Source of the DNA: Candidatus Oxydemutatoraceae bacterium
Lineage (GTDB): Bacteria > Pseudomonadota > Gammaproteobacteria > Poriferisulfidales > Oxydemutatoraceae
Assembly (NCBI GenBank): GCA_965220085.1
Contig: CBDCOZ010000003.1
Location: 992,001-1,056,000 of the forward strand
Length of the DNA stretch: 64,000 nucleotides
Direction of reading: 5' to 3'
The notes under the pieces are model-generated. The model saw only the letters and a program-made list of their open reading frames with translations. It was not told the DNA's origin and made no database searches. How positions within the stretch are numbered: the stretch's first letter is position 1; every line of letters starts with the position of its first letter. This document shows positions 56,961-64,000 of this stretch, one piece after another. The position numbers and the translations under genes are program-made.

Positions 56961-57080
56961 ATCCCTTGTGCCTCCCCCTGACATTCCCTTCTCCCTGCGG
57001 GATATTCGCAATCGCCGTTTTACAACAGTTTCCGCTGTCGGGCGGACGAGTCGCATACGCAAGCCCCTATTCCGATTATG
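56961..57080 (-). promoter_or_regulatory. Conserved ~120-nt upstream element, copy A (putative promoter plus structured leader)
   Basis: Near-identical to 60527-60645; the minus strand starts with CATAAT followed by hairpins. Confidence 0.55.
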
Positions 57081-57085
57081 CTTGA

Positions 57086-58013
57086 TGGCTGCTTGATACC
57101 ATGACATGTCGGACACCCAGAGCAATATTGCGAGCCTCACGACCGCTTGAAGCTGTGACATGTCGGACACCCAGAGCAATATTGCGAGCCTCACGACCGC
57201 TTGAAGCTGTGACATGTCGGACACCTAGAGCAATGTTGTGTGCCTCACGACCACTTGAAGCCACGACACATCGGACACCTAGAGCAATGTTGTGTGCCTC
57301 ACGACCGCTTGAAGCCACGACACATCGGACACCTAGAGCAGTATCGTGTGCCTCATGGTTGCATGAAGCCACGACACATCGGACACCCAGAGCAACATTG
57401 TGCGCCTCACGTCCGCTTGAAGTCACGACATGCCGGACACCTAGAGCAATATCGTGTGCCTCACGGTTGCTTGAAGCCACGACACATCGGACACCTAGAG
57501 CAATATTGCGAGCCTCACGGACGCTTGAAGCTGTGACATGTCAGACACCCAGAGCAACATTGTGCGCCTCACGTCCGCTTGAAGTCACGACATGCCGGAC
57601 ACCTAGAGCAAACATTGTGTGCCTCACGGTTGCTTGAAGCCACGACACATCGGACACCCAGAGCAACATTGTGCGCCTCACGACCACTTGAAGCCGCGAC
57701 ACATCGGACACCCAGAGCAAACATGTGCCTCATGGCCGCTTGAAGCCACGACACATCGGACACCTAGAACAATACCGTGTGCCTCACGGCTGCTTGATGC
57801 CACGACACATCGGACACCTAGAGCAGTATCGTGTGCCTCATGGTTGCATGAAGCCACGACACATCGGATACCTAGAGCAAACATGTGCCTCACGACTGCT
57901 TGAAGCCACGACACATCGGACACCCAGAGCAAATGCTGTATGCCTCACGACCACTTGATGCCACGACACATCGGACACCTAGAGCAAACATGTGCCTCAC
58001 GGCTACTTGATGC
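57086..58013. repeat. Tandem array of 17 degenerate 52-55 bp units (mode 54 bp)
   Basis: Anchor CGGACACC(C/T)AGAGCA or a close variant at 57110, 57164, 57218, 57272, 57326, 57380, 57434, 57488, 57542, 57596, 57651, 57705, 57757, 57811, 57865, 57917, 57972. Confidence 0.95.
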
Positions 58014-58061
58014 TTCGGTTCGCAGTGTGCTCCCTTCGTGGTGGTGTCAAACCATAACAGA

Positions 58062-58115
58062 ATTCATGACAACTCGTGTTGATGTCGGCAAACCAAAATG
58101 TTTCCGGCATCATTC
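58062..58115 (-). repeat. Solitary inverted copy of the 50-bp unit from the 161-758 array
   Basis: ATTCATGACAACTCGTGTTGATGTCGGCAAACCAAAATGTTTCCGGCATCATTC matches the reverse complement of the array consensus. Confidence 0.85.
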
Positions 58116-58283
58116 AGAAAAAATCACGCCGTGAATCGGCGCTATTAGACCGTTCGTCAGGCAATCAATGCCGCCTGTCTATGGGTTGATCGCGGTCGCC
58201 GAATGAGCGCTATTATCCGGCACGAAGGTTATTGACCATAACCTCTTAATTAGTATTATTATTACAACCCGGAGGGAATAATC

Positions 58284-59084
58284 ATGAAGAAACCAAAAAA
58301 TTTAAAAGCGGAAGATGCGGCGGTTGCTGCTTATGGCTCCGTCGAGAACTTGACCGACGCAGGCTTTGACAAGGAGAAAGCGCGCGCGATTGCCAGCGAT
58401 CTATCCGCACTGTTGCGCAGACACCTGAGCGCTCTGGCAACGAAAAGCGAATTTGCCGAGTTTGAATCAGCGATTAGAGAAAAAATTGCCGAGTTTGAAT
58501 CGGCGATTAGAGAAAAAATTGCCGAGTCTGAATCAGAGATTGGAGAAAAGTTTGCCGAGTTTAAATCAGAGATTGTAGAAAGACTTGCCGAGTTTGAATC
58601 AGCAATCAGAGAGGAACTTGCCCAGCATAGGTCGGAAATCAAAAAAGAAACAGATGAGTTGAAAGCAACAGTAACTAAGTTGCAAGTAACAGTAGCTGAG
58701 TTGAAAGTAATGATAGCCGAGTCCGGGGCAAAAACCCAAAAACAAATAGATGAGTTGAGAGTGCTGATAGCCGAGTCTGGGGCAAAAACACAAAAACAAA
58801 TAGATGAGTCCGGGGCAAAAACCCAAAAACAAATAGATGAGTTGAGAGTGCTGATAGCCGAGTCTGGGGCAAAAACACAAAAACAAATAGATGAGTTGAG
58901 AGTACTGATAGCCGAGTCCGGGGCAAAAACCCAAAAACAAATAGATGAGTCCGGGGCAAAAACACAAAAACAAATAGATGAGTTGAGAGTAATGATATCT
59001 GAGCACACAGCAAAAATCACAACTCTGTTCGTGATAGTCTCCCTTGGGTTAGCGGCTCTTGTTATTGCGGCGCTAACTATATAG
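58284..59084 (+). CDS. DUF1640/CCDC90-like membrane-anchored coiled-coil protein with 11- and 18-aa internal repeats
   Basis: Head LTDAGFDKEKARAI, neck LATKSE, repeats FAEFESAIREK and IAESGAKTQKQIDELRVL, C-terminal TM; RBS GGAGG; AT-rich. Confidence 0.7.
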   Translation: MKKPKNLKAEDAAVAAYGSVENLTDAGFDKEKARAIASDLSALLRRHLSALATKSEFAEFESAIREKIAEFESAIREKIAESESEIGEKFAEFKSEIVERLAEFESAIREELAQHRSEIKKETDELKATVTKLQVTVAELKVMIAESGAKTQKQIDELRVLIAESGAKTQKQIDESGAKTQKQIDELRVLIAESGAKTQKQIDELRVLIAESGAKTQKQIDESGAKTQKQIDELRVMISEHTAKITTLFVIVSLGLAALVIAALTI

Positions 59085-59222
59085 TCTCCCTTGGGTTAGC
59101 GGCTCTTGTTATTGCGGCGCTAACTATATAGTCTCCCTTGGGTTAGCGGCTCTTGTTATTGCGGCGCTAACTATATAGTCTCCCTTGGGTTAGCGGCTCT
59201 TGTTATTGCGATGCTATCTATA
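59034..59222 (+). repeat. Four tandem 47-bp copies of the 3' end of the coiled-coil gene
   Basis: ATAGTCTCCCTTGGGTTAGCGGCTCTTGTTATTGCGGCGCTAACTAT at 59034, 59081 and 59128, plus a variant at 59175. Confidence 0.95.
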
Positions 59223-59355
59223 TTTATTGCACTCTCCGCTTAGGCCTGTGCCGTATCTTGTTCGCGCCGACAGAGAGGGGGCATGTTTCACAGACAGCGC
59301 TCCCTCTCCGGCGTAGCGCAACTGCGCCGACTCTCCCTCGCGGGGAGCGCTCGCG

Positions 59356-59415
59356 CTATCGCAACGGGCATTCAAGGAAGAGGCGCAGCCGCAACTGTGC
59401 GGCGGATTTCAAGGT
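59356..59415 (-). pseudogene. Orphan 3' remnant of a paralog of the adhesin-like gene
   Basis: Minus strand reads TLKSAAQLRLRLFLECPLR*, versus ...DIRLRLRLFLEGPLR* at 55211; followed by a similar hairpin. Confidence 0.75.
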
Positions 59416-60314
59416 CTGCGTTCCCCGTCCATCCACGACAGATCCCGGGATATGACAAGTTCGGTCATGGTTGCGTGGCGGGTGTTTTTCATCGCCACGG
59501 GTCGGGATTCAAAGCCGTATTTGTCGACCAGTTGCCGCACCTCATCGGCATTGTTGTAGGTCATCACGAAGTCGCCGGGCAATTCGGCGCAGAGCGCGAA
59601 CAGCCTGTCATGGTCCAAGCTGTGGTGCGTATACAGGCGGCTACCGGCGTTTTTGCCGCCGACGGTGTATGGCGGGTCTGTGAAGAATGCCGCATCGCCA
59701 TCGCCCATATGGCGGCGGATGCAGGCCATGGCATCGCCATGCTCAAAGCGCAGGCAATGGCGCGCGCGGTCTATGGCGCACAGCCTTTTGGCCAGAGTCT
59801 GCGGATACCATCCGGACATCAGCCCTCTGCCGCCTTCGCCGGTTTTTATCAGCCCGGAGCCACCGGCCAATATGCCGCCGCGCAGGGTGCGATTGCGCAC
59901 TATGGTCTGGAAGGCGCGTTCCCTGACGGAGCCGGGTTGTGCGGATATGACTGCGGTGACCGCATCTCTGGACATCTCAAATGACAGTATGCGCCGGGCC
60001 AGCCATTCGGCATCGCCCGCCATCAGCGTCTGCCAGACCGCCGCTACCGCATCGTCCAGCTCCACCATCAGGGCGCGCCCGGTCAGGCCCTCAAACACCG
60101 CTGTCAGCGAGATGATGCCGCCCCCGGCAAAAGGTTCCACCAGCAATGCCGGCCGCGCCCGACGACCGCCCAGCCATTGCCGCAAGCGCGGCACAAACCA
60201 GGTCTTGCCGCCCGCATAGCGAAAGGGGCTGCGATGCGGCACAGATGCCACATTCACAGGATTGGCAGATACGGAATCCGCATGCGCACCGGCAAAAAGG
60301 GCGACTTGTTGCAT
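59409..60314 (-). CDS. Dam-like (D12 class) N6-adenine DNA methyltransferase
   Basis: SPFRYAGGKTW, LVEPFAGGG and FFTDPPY motifs. Confidence 0.9.
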   Translation of the reverse strand: MQQVALFAGAHADSVSANPVNVASVPHRSPFRYAGGKTWFVPRLRQWLGGRRARPALLVEPFAGGGIISLTAVFEGLTGRALMVELDDAVAAVWQTLMAGDAEWLARRILSFEMSRDAVTAVISAQPGSVRERAFQTIVRNRTLRGGILAGGSGLIKTGEGGRGLMSGWYPQTLAKRLCAIDRARHCLRFEHGDAMACIRRHMGDGDAAFFTDPPYTVGGKNAGSRLYTHHSLDHDRLFALCAELPGDFVMTYNNADEVRQLVDKYGFESRPVAMKNTRHATMTELVISRDLSWMDGERRP

Positions 60315-60316
60315 AG

Positions 60317-60490
60317 TTAATTGCCTCCCAGAGGGGAATCCATGCGCTTGTTCACAGGTTCGGCTTCCAACTTCTCGTCCGCTTTGGCTTGCAAGGTATC
60401 AACAAACACATCCATTTTGCCCACTTTTGGCCGGGTTATGCCACGCAGAGCGGCATCAAATTTTGTATACAGAATCATAAAGCGCGAGCC
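60317..60490 (-). pseudogene. Probable C-terminal fragment of the cognate restriction endonuclease (possibly NotI-like)
   Basis: LYTKFDAALRGITRPKVGKMDVFVDTLQAKADEKLEAEPVNK ends 2 nt before the methylase start; the rest of the ORF runs into the leader repeat; family call is from recollection only. Confidence 0.4.
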
Positions 60491-60526
60491 ATCCGCAATG
60501 TCTTGGGTATCCGGTCTCGCCCCTGT

Positions 60527-60645
60527 ATCCCTTGTATGCCCCCCGACATTCCCTTTCCGCCGGCGGGACATTCGCAATCGCCGTTTTACAACGGTTTCCG
60601 TTGTCGGCGGGCGGGGCGCGTACGCATGCCCCTCTTCCGATTATG
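60527..60645 (-). promoter_or_regulatory. Conserved ~120-nt upstream element, copy B
   Basis: Shares TTCGCAATCGCCGTTTTACAAC and TTCCGATTATG exactly with copy A. Confidence 0.55.
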
Positions 60646-60705
60646 TATCCGCGACCCTATCATGCTAATATAGAGGGCATATCATCCGACAGAAACCCTT
60701 CTCTC

Positions 60706-61710
60706 ATGACAGACAGCACTCAGCCGTCGCTTCATACGTTGCAGAATATCGATGCGGAAGCTTGCGCGCCTTCTTTGCGCGACGATGTGTTGCAAGGGCT
60801 TTTCGCCGATCAAAAAACGTTGCCGTCAAAATACTTCTATGACGAGAAGGGTATGCGGATATTCGCGCGGATTTGTCAGTCGGACGAATACTATCTGACC
60901 CGCGCCGAGAACCGAATGTTGAAGGAGAAGGCCGCGGCGATCATCGCTTCCGCACAACCTCAGAATATCATTGAGTTGGGCAGCGGCTCATCGGACAAGA
61001 TACGCTTTTTTCTGGACGCTTGCGGTCGGCGCAACATACGCTGCAAGTATTGGCCGTTGGATGTGTGTTCGGAAGCGCTGGCGACGATGACCGGCATCTT
61101 GGCGGCGGAGTACCCGTGGTTGCGTATCAACGCTTTGGTCGGAGATTACGGCAATGGCTTGGAGGCCGTCGGCCTGCCGCAAAACGAGCGCAATCTGGCG
61201 CTGTTTATGGGCAGTACGATCGGCAATCTGACCCATCCTCAGGCGGTTTCCTTTTTGCGCCGGATTCGGCTCTTGGTCGGCGCGCAAGGGCGGTTGTTGG
61301 TCGGCATGGATCGGGTGAAAGATGTCGCGACGCTGACCGCCGCGTATAACGACGCGCAGGGTTTGACCGCGCAATTCAACATGAACATTCTTGAAGTGCT
61401 GAATGGTCGCATGGGGGCGAACTTTGAAGCGGACAAGTTTGAGCACCGCGCGGTGTATAACGAATCGCAAAGCCGGATAGAGATGCACCTTGTTTCAAAG
61501 GAAGAGCAGAGCGTGTATTTTGAAAGTTTGGACAAGCGCCTCGCTCTGCGGCGGGACGAAACGATTCGCACCGAGATCAGTCGCAAATTTTGCGATGACG
61601 AAATTGAATCGTTGCTGAGCGAAAGCGGATTTGCGTTTGAGCGACACTATGTGTCCGATAACGGTTATTTTTCTTTGGCGCTGGCCAAGAATGCGGGGGA
61701 GGAGGCTTGA
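60706..61710 (+). CDS. egtD: L-histidine N-alpha-trimethyltransferase
   Basis: KTLPSKYFYD, EYYLTRAE, ELGSGS, FMGSTIGN, AYNDAQG, RIEMHL and TEISRKF motifs. Confidence 0.93.
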   Translation: MTDSTQPSLHTLQNIDAEACAPSLRDDVLQGLFADQKTLPSKYFYDEKGMRIFARICQSDEYYLTRAENRMLKEKAAAIIASAQPQNIIELGSGSSDKIRFFLDACGRRNIRCKYWPLDVCSEALATMTGILAAEYPWLRINALVGDYGNGLEAVGLPQNERNLALFMGSTIGNLTHPQAVSFLRRIRLLVGAQGRLLVGMDRVKDVATLTAAYNDAQGLTAQFNMNILEVLNGRMGANFEADKFEHRAVYNESQSRIEMHLVSKEEQSVYFESLDKRLALRRDETIRTEISRKFCDDEIESLLSESGFAFERHYVSDNGYFSLALAKNAGEEA

Positions 61711-61711
61711 G

Positions 61712-62410
61712 ATGGCCGAAGTGCTTGTCGTCGATGATGATCCGTCCATATGCGATATGCTTTGCTTCTTGTTGGGCAGCGAAGGGTATCGGGTGCGCAA
61801 GGCGTATGACGCTCGCGAGGCGTTGCGGCGCGTCGGAGAAAAGGTTCCGGATCTCGTGCTGGTCGATTGGATGATGCCCGGCATGAACGGGGTTGAGTTG
61901 ATTCGCTGTTTGCGCTCCGAGCCGACCACACGGCGGTTGCCGATCATCATGCTCACCGCCAAAGACAGCGAGAGCGACAAAGTCGAAGGGCTGGTCGTCG
62001 GCGCCGATGACTATATCCTGAAGCCGTTTTCCAATCGCGAACTGTGCGCGCGTGTCAAAGCCCTTTTGCGCCGCGCCAAGCCGCACAAGACGCAAGAGAA
62101 AGTCGTCTGCAAAGACATGACCCTGGACCCGCAGTTGCATAGCGTCAATATCAACGGGGAGGATATTGTCATCCCGGCGACAGAGTTTCGTTTGTTGCAC
62201 TTCTTGACCGCCCACGAAGGCCTGGTATTTTCCCGCCGCCAGTTGTTGGACGGCGTTTGGGGCACGGAGAGATTTGTCGAGGATCGCACGGTCGATGTGC
62301 AGGTCGGCAGGTTGCGCAAAACATTGGCGCAGAACGGCAAGCGGCATATCGCCCAAAAGGTTCGGACTATCAGGGGCATCGGTTACAGTTATCGCGGCGA
62401 TGGCGCTTGA
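61712..62410 (+). CDS. phoB: PhoB-like OmpR-family response regulator
   Basis: DWMMPG, PIIMLTAK, GADDYILKPFS, EFRLLHF and VEDRTVDVQVGRLRK motifs. Confidence 0.85.
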   Translation: MAEVLVVDDDPSICDMLCFLLGSEGYRVRKAYDAREALRRVGEKVPDLVLVDWMMPGMNGVELIRCLRSEPTTRRLPIIMLTAKDSESDKVEGLVVGADDYILKPFSNRELCARVKALLRRAKPHKTQEKVVCKDMTLDPQLHSVNINGEDIVIPATEFRLLHFLTAHEGLVFSRRQLLDGVWGTERFVEDRTVDVQVGRLRKTLAQNGKRHIAQKVRTIRGIGYSYRGDGA

Positions 62411-62460
62411 AGCAACGATGCCTCTTGCCAATCGGCTATGATGTTTGCCACCGCTTTGTT

Positions 62461-63564
62461 ATGAAAATTCTCTCGCATTTGCGGCAGCGGTTTGCATTGC
62501 CGTCGGAAGATGTTCCCGCCTCCGGCGGGCGGGATGCGGCGGCGCTTGATCGCGAGCTGTTATTGGTTGCCGGTCTTGAATCGGCGGGCGACGGTTGCGG
62601 CCTGATTCTGGTCAAAGACAAGGGCAACATCGTCTGGTTTAATGAGCCGAGTCGCCGCTGGTTTGCTTTGTCCCGGGCGCGGGATATAGGCGAGAACATT
62701 ACCCATCTGATTCGCAACCCGACATTCTTGGAACGCTTTAAGCAAGGAAACTTTGGCGAGATGATGATATTCAGAGAGATTAACCCCGGTCTGAGCGCGG
62801 GCATCAGCATCTTGCCGTGGAGCGCCGATTACCGGTTGATCATCGTCCATGATTTTTCTCAGCGGCAGAGGCTTGAGGACTCCGGTCGCGAGATCATGGC
62901 GAATCTGTCGCACGAGTTGCGTTCTCCGTTGACGGTGATCAAGGGCTATCTCGATACCCTGAGTACGATCTATGACAGCGGCAAAGACAAGGATATTTCC
63001 GCCGCGCTCCGCAACATGCTCAAGCAGTGCGTGCGGATGCAGCAGTTGGTCGAGGATACCTTGTTGCTCGGACGCTTGGAAACGAGCGAGGTGCGCGCGG
63101 ATGAACTTGAGACGGTGGACATTCCGCTGCTTGTCGACGGCCTGACCGGCGACTTGCAAGAAGTGTGGCCGGGGCGGGAGATTGAGATCAGCGGCGAGAG
63201 GCATAGCATGAATTGCATCCGCGCCGACATATACAGCGTGCTGAGCAATCTGCTGAGCAACGCGCTCAACTATTCTGGCGCCGACAGCACGGTGCGATTG
63301 GAGTGGCACACACGGGACGACGGTTTTTATTTTGCTGTGACGGATCGGGGAATCGGGATTGAGGCGACACATATCCCGTACCTGAGCGAGAGGTTTTACC
63401 GCGTGGACAAAGCGCGGTCAAACGCTACCGGCGGCGTCGGTCTGGGCTTGGCAATCGTCGCCCGCACCCTCGACCGTTACGGCGCTCGGCTCAGAATCGA
63501 CAGCGAATACGGCGTCGGCAGCACCTTCTCGTGCATCTTTCCGCGCGAGCATATCGTCCGCTGA
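62461..63564 (+). CDS. phoR: PhoR-like sensor histidine kinase (PAS-HisKA-HATPase)
   Basis: NLSHELRSPLTVIKGY, NLLSNALNY and ERFYRVDKARS..TGGVGLGLAIV motifs. Confidence 0.85.
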   Translation: MKILSHLRQRFALPSEDVPASGGRDAAALDRELLLVAGLESAGDGCGLILVKDKGNIVWFNEPSRRWFALSRARDIGENITHLIRNPTFLERFKQGNFGEMMIFREINPGLSAGISILPWSADYRLIIVHDFSQRQRLEDSGREIMANLSHELRSPLTVIKGYLDTLSTIYDSGKDKDISAALRNMLKQCVRMQQLVEDTLLLGRLETSEVRADELETVDIPLLVDGLTGDLQEVWPGREIEISGERHSMNCIRADIYSVLSNLLSNALNYSGADSTVRLEWHTRDDGFYFAVTDRGIGIEATHIPYLSERFYRVDKARSNATGGVGLGLAIVARTLDRYGARLRIDSEYGVGSTFSCIFPREHIVR

Positions 63565-64000
63565 CGGCGCATAGAATCGCCGGCGGCGTCGGTTTGCGCT
63601 TGGCAATCGTCGCCCGCACCCTCGACCGCTACGGCGCTCGGCTCAGAATCGACAGCGAATACGGCGTCGGCAGCACCTTCTCGCGCATCTTTCCGCGCGA
63701 GCATATCGTCCGCTGACGGCGCATAGAATCGCCGGCGGCGTCGGTTTGGGCTTGGCAATCGTCGCCCGCACCCTCGACCGTTACGGCGCTCGGCTCAGAA
63801 TCGACAGCGAATACGGCGTCGGCAGCGCCTTCTCGCGCATCTTTCCGCGCGAGCATATCGTCCGCTGACGGCGCATAGAATCGCCGGCGGCGTCGGTCTG
63901 GGCTTGGCAATCGTCGCCCGAACCCTCGACCGCTACGGCGCTCGGCTCAGAATTGACAGCGAATACGGCGTCGGCAGCGCCTTCTCGCGCATCTTTCCGC
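63428..64000 (+). repeat. At least four tandem 152-bp copies of the phoR 3' end including the stop codon (runs off the window)
   Basis: Units start at 63428, 63580, 63732 and 63884; TGA stops end at 63564, 63716 and 63868. Confidence 0.97.

Noticed and set aside
57086-58013. CRISPR or TIGR-like guide array
   Set aside because: The variable blocks are related variants reused across units, not unique spacers, and no cas or Nop-domain gene is visible in the window.
57076-58134. ORFs on both strands across the 54-bp array
   Set aside because: They are open only because the period is a multiple of 3, are broken by 52/55-bp units, and have no convincing start or RBS.
55130-60660. Integron, shufflon or diversity-generating retroelement
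   Set aside because: No integrase, invertase or reverse transcriptase is in the window, no attC-like sites were recognised, and repeat differences are not adenine-specific.

Overview
Chromosomal window from a Gammaproteobacterium-like genome (inferred from the gene orders murA-hisG-hisD-hisC, petABC-sspA and smc-zipA-ligA). It carries the tetrahydromethanopterin (H4MPT) C1 cluster mptG-mtdB-orfY-mch-orf5-orf7-fae, a 5-FCL/Ftr/FolD operon, housekeeping genes, a polyamine-type ABC transporter, tRNA-Arg(CCT), three tandem fucosyltransferase-like genes, and ergothioneine genes (egtBC / egtD) split by a 5.6-kb accessory island. Main unexplained signals: (1) four unrelated genes (rsmE, ligA, a DUF1640-like gene, phoR) are each followed by tandem copies of their own 3' end; in ligA and phoR the variants are shuffled between copies, and 9 of 15 variable coding sites are synonymous; (2) the island has two slots with the same frame (a ~120-nt structured leader and an RLRLFLExPLR-stop tail with hairpin) but different cargo, an adhesin-like gene in one and restriction-modification genes in the other; (3) two non-coding ~50-54 bp tandem arrays, one with a dispersed inverted copy next to the other. 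All calls come from reading the sequence by eye; no database searches were run.
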